Assembly (NCBI RefSeq): GCF_006345805.1
Contig: NW_021835611.1
Coordinates: 1 to 26,094 of the forward strand
Length of the DNA: 26,094 bases
Direction of reading: 5' to 3'
Origin: Octopus sinensis
Taxonomy: Eukaryota
The first letter of the stretch is position 1. Every line of letters starts with the position of its first letter. Positions 1 through 11,600 of this stretch are shown here, one piece after another. Made by a program: the position numbers and the translations under genes. The notes beneath the pieces were generated by a model. The model did not search any database. It had not been told where the DNA came from and worked only from the letters and a program-made list of their open reading frames with translations.

Positions 1-95
1 TATATATATATTATATATATATATATACATGCGTATATATATCAGTATATACATGTAAGTATATATATATATATATATAATATATATATATAATA

Positions 96-136
<41 letters not shown>

Positions 137-162
137 ATATACATATAAGTATGTATATATAA
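1..162. repeat. (TA)n-rich microsatellite
   Basis: Direct reading: interrupted TA dinucleotide run from the window start. Confidence 0.95.
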
Positions 163-814
163 GTAGTGCAGCCAACTGCCTGGCTTATCTTGAGAACGAT
201 GAGAACCTGAGAGAAGGAAACCATGATGGTCCTCTGGTAGACATTCGTCCTCAGCCGCCTGGAATACTGCTCCCAACTATGGTCACCCAACAGTTCAAAA
301 TTAACAGCAGACCTTGAAGAAAAGAAGATCGTCTCGTTGCAACAGCTCAGCTACTAGGAAAGGTTGAAACAGCTAAGCCTCTACTCTCTGGTGCGAAGGC
401 GGGAGAAGGATGCAGTAATGTCCATCTGCAAGATCCTGGAAGGAATTGTGCCAAAATTTATCATTGAAAGCTACACCAATACCAGAAGGAATCGATTCTG
501 CACGTGACAATTATCCCAGCAATGCCATCGCGTTTCAGGACCAGTTACTGTATCAGCCTGGGTTTCAGGGGCCCACAGCTTTTTAATATTATCCCAAAGA
601 GCCTGAGTGACCCACAGAAAGTGGATGTAGGTGATTTCGAATCAAAATTGGACCTCCTCCTGTCGAGAGTCCAAGATGAGCTTACCTCACATCAAGAAGT
701 GCTAATGAGGGTAGTGACATCATTCTCCCTTATTCACCAAATTCCACATATGAGAGGAGGGTCTCATTAATAACAGTGTGACAAAACGGCGATGCCCAGC
801 ATGGCCGGAGGTCT
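163..814 (+). mobile_element. 5'-truncated, decayed CR1-group LINE 3' end (post-RT C-terminal region plus short 3' UTR)
   Basis: Translation with stops: TFVLSRLEYCSQLWSP...QLSY*ERLKQLSLYSLVRRREK..ICKILEGIVP. This is the CR1-type 'RPHLEYC..LWSP...Y..RL..L.LYSL.RRR' signature also seen in ORF 23159-23812. ORF 504-770 is its C-terminus. Confidence 0.85.
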
Positions 815-962
815 GCGCAGGCGTGGCTCTGTCGTAAGTAGCTTGCTTACCAACTACATGGTTACGGTTTCAGTCCCACTGCGTGCTACCTTGGGCAAGT
901 GTCTTCTACTATGGCCTCGGGATTTGGTTGACCGACACTGAAAGGAGTCAGTCGTATATATG
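815..962 (+). mobile_element. tRNA-type SINE remnant with probable internal deletion
   Basis: A-box-like TGGCTCTGTCG, B-box-like GGTTTCAGTCC, then the CORE/V-like segment ACCTTGGGCAAGTGTCTT. Ends in GTCGTATATATG running into a TA microsatellite. Resembles an Octopus SINE as I recall it. Confidence 0.75.
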
Positions 963-2065
963 TATAAGATATATATACTTATATATATACTCATATATAT
1001 ATATAAATATATATGCACACATAGATACATTCACGTATATACACAGACATGTATATCATTTACAACTGAAAATCAATAAATTTACGATTTAACAAATATA
1101 AGTAGTTTCAAGATAAATATCTCTTGCTCTTTATTGCAACAAAAGCGTATGCATGGCCCACACATTTCTTCAGAATGTATTTGTGTCTCTAGATGATGGA
1201 TCATCGCTGGAATGGATTAGTTACGGAAACCACCAATACACATATATTGTCTATTACTCTTATGCAAAGAGCTAGAAAAGTAAAATGCCAGCATGGATGA
1301 TGATCAGTGCACCGGTGAACAGCTCTGATATAAAACAAAGCTCAGTGCCTGTCCAAGAACTCATGTACACATAAGTTGTACAAAATGATATTTGTAGCTT
1401 TCGAGTTATTTTGCATGCATGTATGTGTGTTGTTCCATAGCGAACAGTTGTTAGAAAGGAGATAATCATTTTTGGCGGGGTTAAATTTAAAAACTCCAAT
1501 TTGAAATTGGGAATAAAGAAAAACGTCCTTAGAATACACATATTTCATTTTTCTAAATTGTTTTTTCGTTTACTCATTACGAATTTAAAATTTCGTAGTT
1601 AGTGCTACATATGTATAGGCTGATATCAGGGTGGATGTAATAATTTTAGCATGGAATTGCAACACTTATTTTGGAATCAACAATCAGCAGAAACTCTGAT
1701 TCATTTTATATTTCTTCACAATTCTTTTCACTATATTTTCGTCATAGAATGTAAGTTTAAGACATATCACCTGATGATAATATCCTTAATATCTCTCTAA
1801 TGAATATTACCAAGCATTTGAATGAAAGAGAACCAAAATATGTTGTTTATTGTGCAAAAATGTCAGGGACTGTTAGCAAAAATGTGTTTTGTTAATGTTT
1901 TTCCTTGGATGACTAATGCGTGTAAATAACATTTGACACTCACTATTTGATTAATATATATAATTTAAGAAGCACAGGTATAGGTGCATACAAGCGTAAA
2001 TAGAGGGGAGATCATACATATAGATGCACACGACGCGAACTTAACAGTACTCTTAAATTGGTCTG

Positions 2066-2102
2066 TATATATATATATGTATCTGTGTCTCCGTAGGTGC
2101 GA

Positions 2103-2143
<41 letters not shown>

Positions 2144-2225
2144 AATAAAATAGAACATATGCATATATATAAACATATATGTACGTACCTACCTCTACAT
2201 GTACATATACACGCATATATGTGTA
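2066..2225. repeat. (TA)n and compound TA/TG microsatellite
   Basis: Direct reading; pure (TA)n at about 2106-2140. Confidence 0.9.
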
Positions 2226-2910
2226 CAGGACACCAAAAAGACGTCGAACACATAGAGAGACGAAACACAGACACAAACCAAGGAACAAGACAAGCACAAA
2301 AAGAGAGATACAGGACAATAAGCACAACGAAAAATCCCCTTCTTCAGTCGCTAAGGTTTCATCTACTAAACGTTTCGAAGGATAAAAGCGAGACGTATAC
2401 TTCGAAGAAAACTTCCTTCCCGCGAAAAGCAAATCAATTAAAATTCTGAGATCTTTTCGCAGAGGGGTAAAAAAAGCAAGACGGTAACGACAGTACAAAC
2501 ATATAAACAGTAAAAAATATATATATAAACAGTGGAAAAATAAATATATAACAGTGAGAGACAGGACAAGGAGAACAAGATAGGAAGGGCTGTTAACGCC
2601 AGACGAAAAAAGTATTGCAAACGCTGGATTATCGTGGACGACGAGAGAGAGAAAATGTGTCGACCAGTAGCCTTAGAAGGCGGGCGAGAAAAGACAGGAT
2701 AGCAGTTACGACGGAAGTATCGTCGCAGATGGACGACGGGAATGGGGGAGGAGGAGCAAGAGGAAGAGAGAGAAGAAGGGGAATGGTGCGAGGAGACCAT
2801 GAAGAATGGTGAAAGGGAGAGAGAGAATGAAGAATGAGAGAGAGAGGAAGAGACAAGTTAAGTGAGGGAAAAAAAGACGAAAAAGGGAATGGGAGAGAAA
2901 GAAAGAAAGA
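2226..2910 (-). mobile_element. Probable non-coding Penelope-like terminal remnant (purine-rich on +), bounded by microsatellites
   Basis: Minus strand carries C-GAAAC (2377-2372) and CTGAAGA (2347-2341), the hammerhead core words typical of PLE termini. No recognisable ORF. Family assignment is inference. Confidence 0.4.
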
Positions 2911-2971
2911 TGCAATATATATATATGTATGTGTGTGTATGTGTGTGTATACATTTGTGTACATATTTGTG

Positions 2972-2986
2972 TATATATATATATAT

Positions 2987-3056
<70 letters not shown>

Positions 3057-3073
3057 GAGATAGATAGATAGAT

Positions 3074-3114
<41 letters not shown>

Positions 3115-3165
3115 GAGATAGATAGATAGATAGATATAGATAGATAGATAGATATAGATAGATAT

Positions 3166-3210
<45 letters not shown>
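2972..3210. repeat. (TA)n followed by a long (TAGA)n tetranucleotide microsatellite
   Basis: About 220 bp of GATA/TAGA units with a few interruptions. Confidence 0.97.
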
Positions 3211-3493
3211 AAAATATTTATATTTCTGTAGCCTATAGTGATAATGGTGATTACCTCATCTTGTCAGATGATAACTCTCAGTTAGTCTGGTTTCTCTGAA
3301 TTGCTTTCGTCCATGGATGAGCACGGATATGAGTTTTTGCAACACGTCTCCACGCATTTATCGCCAAAGGACAATCACGAAATGAAATTTTAGCGAAACA
3401 TTTGTGTATTACATGATTTTAAATGAAAACAACTTGTACAACACTTTTATCAATTTATCGGTCGCCGGACGTCTTAGGCTCCTGTGACAAGCA

Positions 3494-3547
3494 TTGCAAG
3501 GTAATTTGATTGCAAGATAATTTGATTGATACTAATTTGATTGCAAG
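3494..3547. repeat. Imperfect ~16-bp tandem repeat, three units
   Basis: TAATTTGATTGCAAGA / TAATTTGATTGATAC / TAATTTGATTGCAAG at 3502, 3518 and 3533. Confidence 0.8.
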
Positions 3548-3654
3548 TTTTGTGTCAAAGTATGCTTCTTCACGAAGAGCTGCCTTTCGCACGGCTGTGT
3601 CAGAAATAACTAAGCCTCATCTACTCTTGGGAAATCTAACTGACACATAAATGT

Positions 3655-3762
3655 GACCATGTCAGGCACTGCCGTTCCGACTCAGAACGGATCGGGACGG
3701 GATGGTATTATAGGGTGACTCAATGCTCCTCTCAACTCCAGAACTTCTGAACTGGAGCTTCT
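3655..3762. mobile_element. Degraded interspersed-repeat remnant (possibly RTE-related) with CTCCAG...CTGGAG hairpin
   Basis: GGGTGACTC...CTCCAGAAC(TTCTGAAC)TGGAGC resembles an abundant Octopus repeat as I recall it. The hairpin arms are seen directly. Confidence 0.35.
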
Positions 3763-4001
3763 CTCTCTCTCACTTACACACACACACACACACACAAACG
3801 TATGATTTGTAGGTTAGCACCGTAGTTTCGTTAGTTAACGGTTTTCTGTTTGTAGTTATGCCAATTAGTATGCTAAAGTTCTTGCGAACCTCGTGTAAGC
3901 TATAGCTCCCAGTATCTTTCTCTGAACTCGCTAAGTCTGATCACCCACTAGTGATTGTTGTTGGTTCCGGGGAATCAAATCATTTACTAAATTTATTGCA
4001 A

Positions 4002-4002
<1 letters not shown>

Positions 4003-4046
<44 letters not shown>

Positions 4047-4161
4047 TGTATGTGTGTGTATGTCTACGTACACAAACACATACATACACATACACTTATA
4101 TACATACATATATATATATATGTGTATATACATACAAATACCTCCTCACAAACACACGCAG

Positions 4162-4226
<65 letters not shown>

Positions 4227-4310
4227 CATGCATGTATACACGGGTCCCTTTATATCTATATCGTAAGAACGTATATGTGTACGTGTATGTGTGTGTATAT
4301 TTGTATGCAT
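4003..4310. repeat. Compound (TA)n/(CA)n/(TG)n microsatellite
   Basis: Direct reading; explains ORFs 3951-4382, 4042-4266 and 4096-4380. Confidence 0.95.
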
Positions 4311-6040
4311 GTATGTTTAGGCAACAAACCCGAAAATGTCCGTGAAAATCAATTTCCGTATAAAGATGAAATTTATACATGAGATGTTAGTAAACAATTA
4401 ATGTTCCATGTAGTAATTAATGTAGCTCCGTGTAAAGATTGAATCATTTTAATATGATCCCTTATCTTGAAGAATTGCAAACAGAACAGGTTCCTTAATA
4501 TAAGCGTTGAATCTATTGAACTCATGCTGTAACTGGAATAAATCTCTAATTTAGATCACTATAAATTCTTGAATCAAAGCTACGTTACAGCTATAAAACT
4601 GACATTATTTTCGGCAACATGTTCAGTGCTGCATTAGTGATTATTAAAACATAAAGACGGTGAGTTTATAGAAACGATAGATCATCTCTCTATCCCCTCA
4701 TATCAAATATTAGTGACAATTTTGCCTTTTATCCTACCTGCATCTGTATAATTGTCAGTAATACCCTGGGTAGATTGAACCAAAGTCCTCTACAAAACTG
4801 AAGCTAGGGATAATCAAAGAGATATCAATAATATAAAGTTTGATATTTAAGGCCTGTCAATTCCTGATGTGGTTTTGAATCGTTCTTGACTTAATTCGCT
4901 AAACTTTAATGCTCTTCACTTATATCACGAAATAGTTTGAAATCCCTGGTTGTATGGCTAGATCTATATAACCCGTACAATACTGAAGCCAGTACTTGAT
5001 ACACGAAATAATAACACAACGAAGAGTCTGTGACAATTACTCGTGATTGTTTTTCGCAGTGAGATAAGCATGAATATAAACAGAAACCCTTCACATATAT
5101 TTTCGATTTGCAGCCCTGCGTCTATGTAACAAATTAATATAACGAAAGGTGTCAAAGAGGAAAATTCGAAAGAAAATTTATCGTGAATATAGAACTGACA
5201 ATTTTTTTCTCCTTTTGTTTTCAACTGCAAATATGAGGGCATTGTCGTATACTTTTTTTGTTAGTAATGATATGAAAATATTATGTAAACTTAGTATCAT
5301 TGTCGTCTCCAATTAAAAAAACACCCCCACACTAACCCTGTGTGAAAATCTTTGCAAGAGGAATTTTTTTCTTTTCTTTTTTTTAAACTAAATTATCAAA
5401 AAACTCTATTTTTCTAGCTTGAAATATCTTTTTAAGATATGACAATGTTGTCATAATACAATACAAAAGAAATCAAAAGAATCATGCAACTAAACAATGA
5501 GAGCCAGGAGACATAGATATTTTTTAATTGCACAATTTTTGCTTTATCGAAATTCAATTAAATATCTACTACTCAACACTGATTGGTTAAGAAGAAGTCA
5601 TTATTTTCCAGTTAATGATCAACAACATCAACAACAATAACATCATCAACATCGACAAGAATAACGATGACTAAAAACCAACAATATCAACACCAACTAA
5701 TTACTTTATTTGGCATTTTTTCTCACTGTTGTACATTACACTGATAATATAAAAAAAAAGCATCGTTTAAACTACATCTTTCGTCATTATATGAAAATAT
5801 ACTCATCAAAAATTGTATTCGTTTCCTTTGATATTCCCGGTCTGAATTGCATACAAATATAACCCCTCCTCCCCTTCCTTTTTACACTCTTCAAGTATTA
5901 TAGAAATTACTATTTCCTACTTTCATTTTCACTATCTCATTTCTAGACACTCAATCACTGAAATCACAGTCATAATTGAACAGAGAAACACGTTTTACAA
6001 TATCATCTTTAATATAATTATACAAAGAATTATTGTTGAC

Positions 6041-6074
<34 letters not shown>

Positions 6075-6126
6075 TATTATCATTATTACAATTAACATTA
6101 TCATGATTATTATTATAATTATTATT
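6041..6126. repeat. Degenerate (TTA)n microsatellite
   Basis: Direct reading. Confidence 0.9.
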
Positions 6127-6210
6127 CTCAAAATCTTAAAGAAGAGTTGATGATAATAAAATTCTGATATCAACTTAAAATCTGTTTTGTTTATTTAATA
6201 TTCTGTCCTT

Positions 6211-6424
6211 AAGGCAGCGAGCTGGCAGAAGCATTAGCACGCCGGGTGAAATGCTTAGCGGTATTTCGTCTGTCTTTACGCTCTTAGTTCAAATTCCGCC
6301 GAGGTCGACTTTGCATTTCATCCTTTTGGGGTCGATAAATTAAGTACCAGTTGCGTACTGGGGTCGATCTAATCGATTGGCCCCTTCCCTCAAAGTTTCG
6401 GGCCTTGTGCCTAGAGTAGAAAAG
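6211..6424 (+). mobile_element. Near full-length SINE with target-site duplication
   Basis: AAGGCAGCGAGCTGGCAGAA...AGTTCAAATTCC (B-box-like)...GGGGTCGATAAATTAAGTACCAGTT...GGGGTCGAT...GCCTAG. Flanked by AATATTCTGTCCTT (6197-6210) and AATATTCTGGTCCTT (6425-6439). Confidence 0.88.
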
Positions 6425-6500
6425 AATATTCTGGTCCTTGTTGACTTTATCTTATGCGATTTTCTTTCTTCTTCCTTTTTCTTTCTCTTCTTCACTGCTC

Positions 6501-6940
6501 TTATTATTACACCTAACGCATTGAGCTTGTTGCTGAGATTTCACTAACCGTGAACTAAGGCTGTACTTTCTTTTCAAGTCTCTAGAACTTTGAATAAACT
6601 CCTTACACTGCCAAGTAATGTTGTTTTCTGGATGTACTTTATATTCATTTCTCTACGTATCTTTTCCAACCCAGTTTCTATGCTCAGTGTAGTTAGGACA
6701 ACAATTATTAGCACAATATACGTCTTTTTCATTAATTACAACTTTCTTATTTCTCTTTTTAGAACTTCATATCTCATCATATCTCTTTTTTTTCCGACGT
6801 TTCTGCCATCCCCAGTGCAAGAAATGCCTATGATAGTATATAAATTTTCTCCCTTGCCTACTAGAGCGCTATCGGCTTTCCGATGTTCGACTCTATGCCC
6901 ACATTGGATTATGGAGTCCTAGATTATGAAGTCTTTATGA
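6501..6940 (-). mobile_element. R4/Dong-like (RLE-type) LINE 3' end, fragment 1
   Basis: Minus frame HKDFII*DSIIQCGHRVEHRKADSALVGK...IIGISCTGDGR...RYEVLKREIRKL*LMKK...IQKTTLLGSVRSLFKVLET* (stop 6576-6574) fits the RLE PD-(D/E)xK domain. The 3' UTR shares CCTTAGTTCAC and GCGTTAG with the 19767-20587 copy and ends in TAATAATAA. Confidence 0.8.
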
Positions 6941-6984
6941 AGCGTTTGGCTAATGTTTGCATCACATTCTCGCGTTTTCCGGTC

Positions 6985-7435
6985 AAAACTTGTTTTAACT
7001 TTCAGTGATTGCTTTGCACGCATTGAACGATTGTCTCTTGTCACATCTGCCATAAACTGACTCTTCCGCACCATATACGACTCGCATCGTATGACCTGAG
7101 GCACAACTCTTCCGATGATGCTTTCTGGAAGCCTGAGGGCCTTTGAAATGGCTCTGATTGACTTCCCGGGGGTTTTATCGATTATTTCTCGGACAGTTTG
7201 TATAAAGTTACGTGTCGTGTTCTGGTAGTATTAGAACCTTCTGCATGCGTTTTCCAATTAGCTGCTGATGTTGGATCCGATGTTAGAGCCCTTTTAGTAG
7301 CTTCCAGCTTCTTTTGAACTTCACAACGAAGGATCGGGTGACTCTAAGGAAGCAAGTTTATCTCTGTATCACTATACAACGCTTTTAAGGCAAAAATTAC
7401 AGCGTGTCTCTGTTGGGGCAGAGAATTTCAGAGCC
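6985..7435 (-). mobile_element. Decayed Tc1/mariner-superfamily transposase, N-terminal DNA-binding region
   Basis: Frameshifted translation RHAVIFALKALYSDTEI..RVTRSFVVK...RNFIQTVREIIDKTPGKSIRAISKALRLPESIIGRVVPQVIRCESYMVRKSQFM..TRDNRSMRAK matches the Tc1/mariner HTH pattern (I.+.P.KS.RA+AK.L...I..VV..+..KSY). The catalytic DDE/D domain is absent. Confidence 0.75.
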
Positions 7436-8474
7436 AACCTCGAAGAAAATGCAGTGAAAGAATAAACCTTGAATGGGGCGTTGCTCCTGCAAAGCTGCTC
7501 TTCGCTACTTTCACTAGCAACTAATTTATCAGGTACAAATGCCACTATCGTTGCCACCAAGACCGTCATGCACTCCGTTCAAAAGAAGACGAAAGCGATA
7601 GGAAGCACAGCGATAGGAAACAAAAAAATATTAATAACAAAAAAAAACAACAATAAGAGCAACAACTGTTAAGGCTTCCACTATAGCAGTTGGCGAAATT
7701 ACCTTCAGCAACAACAATAACATCAAGGGTTTTAGCTAGCGTTTACTGATATTGGTTCGTTGTCCATTAAGGAAGACAACAATTGAAGGAAGCAGAATAG
7801 AAAGGTTACCTTTTTCGTTTCACTAAAAGTATTGGTAAGTGATGAGTGATAATCGGTAATATACTGAGATATAGACGTTAAAAGTATGCAAATAGAAACC
7901 CTAACAAAAACGGATGTGGAACAGCAACTGAAAGAAATGTGGTGGGAGGGAAACATTTCACCTGTCATAGGTGGTAGATCTGCTATTAGAAATGCATATC
8001 TAGTTATTGGTCGCAGTCTGTTTGTGTGGACACGAAGTAAAGGAATAGAGAAACCTGTAGGCGCACGAACTACATGAACAGAATCAACTAAGGATGAAAA
8101 TAGAATAATACAGAGCAATGCAGAAATTCATCCTCTACCTGATTGAACTGCCAAATTATCGACAAGATCCAAATCAAGCATAGTTAAGACATCCAGCGAC
8201 AGTAATAGTTGCGAATATGCGACAACTGAACAATTCCTAGATGAGTTGGCTCTGTTTCATAGTACTAAGCAAGAACAGTACCACCATCACCATTTTCCGT
8301 TTTAGATGTTGCTATTGTTATTAATATTTCGTTTTCCCTCACGCTATAGTTTTTCTTGTAGTTACAAGCACTTCTCTCTCCCCTTCAACACAGTTCGTGA
8401 TAGCGTTGATGGCAGAAGTAGTTACGTTTAATACTGGTCGATGGGAAGTCGATGTCAGTGAAAGTAGTAGAGAC

Positions 8475-8676
8475 AAGGCTGCGAGTTTGGCAGAATAGTT
8501 CCGCACCGGACAAAATGCTTAGCGGCATTACCTACGGCTCTTTACGTTCTTGAGTTCAAATTACCTCGATGCCGACTTCGAATTTCAGACTTCCAGAGTC
8601 GGTAAAATGACTACTTAGCTTGACACCAACACCATAAAATTGCTGGTTTCGTGCAAAAAATTAGAAAGAAAATAAT
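8475..8676 (+). mobile_element. Older degraded copy of the SINE family at 6211
   Basis: AAGGCTGCGAGTTTGGCAGAA...AAATGCTTAGCGGCATT...GAGTTCAAATT aligns by eye to 6211-6300. Confidence 0.7.
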
Positions 8677-11600
8677 CACATTCTTCGTAATATATGTGCA
8701 GTCAAGTGGAATTATTTTCTGTTATTCATATCTGTAGCTGCTGTGGGATTTGCTATGTTGATATCTGCATATTTTAAATCATTCCCAAGATATTTATATT
8801 TGGCTAATTTTTCCAATTCTTTTAAAGATTCATTATCGACTTTTGGGACTGTTATTTCGCTCAGGAGGCACTCCGGTTCCTAATGGTCATTGACAACATC
8901 ATATGGAATTGCGTTGGTACCTTTATCTGTATTGTTTACCATATCTCCTAATATATTCGCTTTGTTATTCTCTGACACCATTTTTATGATGTATGCTTAC
9001 ACCATCTCCTTTCCAGTGGTATTTCATTACGCAAGTATAAAAAAAAGTATCAATCCAAAAGGGCGAATCAGTTGAACCGTTGAAGAATCGGGCAAGATGT
9101 TTATGGTTCCGACGTCTACGACGACTGCATTGTCTCCAACGACACTACTGTCATGTTGTATCGAGGCTAGTCACCAGCCTTTTCCTCCGATAAACATTGG
9201 TGACGCGAAGAGTGGAAACTTGCAAGCTCCAACTAGACTTTCTCCAAAACTTTTGCCAAGTATTGCATCTACACGTACAGCTCAAATGATACAAATGTTG
9301 CACCGACCACAAACGTGCCATTTATCCACAACAGACACCATAAGAACAATGATACATACTACTGTTGACGACACTAACAATAGCTGCAGAAACCAAAACT
9401 GCAACCACAACCGCTGTTGAAAAACAAAGATCTCAAGATAGAGAATATTTTTTTGAATCTGGATGATAAGTGGGGGCTTTTCAGACTAGTGGCAGTTTTG
9501 AACTTTGTAGATATATGTTATACGTGTTCGCCACGAACTTGATAGTTGTGTATTACCATTAGCAACAGGCTAAGACTATTCCCAGTTAAAGAAGTCAAGT
9601 AGGGATGGCACTGCTAACGCAATACTTTAACAAGGATCACATTATCTGATAATTTCCCACCCATGTCTCTGCTGAATTATTTTGACCAAGATACTGGGAA
9701 AATGTATTTACTTGTGGATAGATGGGCGTAGACCTGTGCGATTTCTAAAATATATAGAGACAAATAATCCCACATCATGCAGGTATTCTACAGACGATGG
9801 ATACTAAGAGACCTAGACTCGGTTGTATTCTAAAAAATGTAGATCACTCTAAAACTTTCAGAGGGTCGGCTATTGTTACTTAATAGATGTTTTTAGTACC
9901 GTTGCTTTTGGTTCCACTTTCAAAATGTAGATCACTTTAATGTGGAGTTTAATGGCCAGACTTGACAAGTTTTATTCAGAACCACTTTGAATAATACACT
10001 TGGGACATCAAAGGTATCATCATATACTAATTCTATTGTTTTAGTTCTTCAACTACTGCCAAGATGTAGAGATGCTGAGAAGTAGTTTCTTCCAATCGGG
10101 TCACGTAAAAGTCGCCAAAGCATATGGAGGCACACAGTGTGATAACGTTAGATATAAAGGAAATTGAGATGGTTATAATCAGACTGAAAGTATTTAAGGC
10201 GGTAACAACAGGACACATTGACCCGAAGAAATCGGTACCGGGAGAGGAAAACTTTTGTGGTTTGAATCACTGAATTAATAGCCATGTCAAAGGTGAAGAT
10301 ATCTGAGATGATGCAGTCCTCCTGAAGCTGTTAAGCCTCCAACTTGGGTTAATCAAGGAACCAGATCCTAGATTACCCTGATCAACATGGCTCCACGCCC
10401 ACACCAATCTGTGCTCCCTAATTTACAGACACATGCTTATATTAATTTCATTCATCCTAAACGTTGTTGTCACAGTTACGTACCTCTTAATAAATTTGTC
10501 GGTGCAGAGCACTTCACTCTTCAACCTCACTTTTCTTTCAAAGTGAAACTTGAGAAAATTTATGGGGGCTTGACAGAATCTTTTCAGCTTCGTCCACCAT
10601 AAAGTGTCCTTAGCCATAGGCATTAACAACAGTAAAGCCACCTGCACTGCTTATTAAAACCGTATAGCCCAAGCTGGAGGATGATCTATCTCAGGAGGGC
10701 TACATCATCTGTGTGTTCATGTATTTTGTATACTATGTATTCTTTTTACTTCCTCTTACTCCACTTCGTTTCTTCCTCTTTTCTTTATCTGTAAACCCCC
10801 GCACGAACCGTAGGTCTACTTGTAATGTCCTCCTCATCTGATGCCTTCGTGCCAACTAAAATAAATTTATTGTTGTCATTATTTTCAAAACAAGGTTTTT
10901 TTTTTTATCGATGAACAATTTATTATTATTTTATTTTGCAGAATTTCATTGAAAGATTAGGCGGAAATCGGAATCATTTTCCTAATTTCCCCAATTACAT
11001 TTCTCCATTTCAGGAACAATGGAAAAATACAAGGAAATGCTGCTGGTTGATCTGCAGTTGAACTTTTATTGAATAAAATCAAATTTAAAGTTAGGAATTT
11101 CCTTTAGAATAAACAACGCATCTTTTCTGCTAATCTAGTACTCTTATTACCGCATTATGATATGATTATCAATATTACTAATAACTTTATAAAGAAAATG
11201 CTATTTTTATTATTATTTTTATCTGTTCATGCGTAAATATACAGTGTCGGTGATAACTACTGGAAAATGAAAATAATGCTTTGTTTCCATCGGGTCTGTA
11301 AGCTGCTGGTAAAATGTCCTTTACTCTGCTGTATGTTAAATTGACCTTGGTTTGAGACACAGATTGTATTTGTGTTACTTGAACATATTTGCATTGATTT
11401 TAATGTGTTAGCAGAAAGCTCTGTACTTATCTGATCAAATATTTCAATTGACTACGCTAGCATTCATCTGTGTTCTGGTTCTTCGAGGGTATCACAAAAT
11501 ACTTAGCATAAATATCTAATGTGTCTTGTTTAGTTGATGAAAGCCCACGAAGCACAAAGATGTCTGTCCATTAAATTAATAAGTTTACAAAAATTAAACT

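Noticed and set aside
5790-6030. Weak resemblance on the minus strand to R4-like RT (LFNYD...VKMKVGN...KEGEEGLYLY) next to (TAA)n
   Set aside because: Similarity is too low to distinguish from chance by eye; it needs a profile-HMM search.
6590-6922. 110-aa hydrophobic plus-strand ORF resembling a membrane protein
   Set aside because: It is antisense to the R4-like RLE frame, which explains the sequence.
10838-10866. CTGATG-CCTTCGTG-CCAAC followed by AATAAA, reminiscent of a hammerhead core
   Set aside because: At least three separate deletions must be assumed to restore the core.
11200-11560. Protein-like minus-strand stretch KYVQVTQIQSVSQTKVNLTYSRVKDILPAAYRPDG
   Set aside because: No convincing acceptor/donor pair keeps it open and I recognise no homolog.
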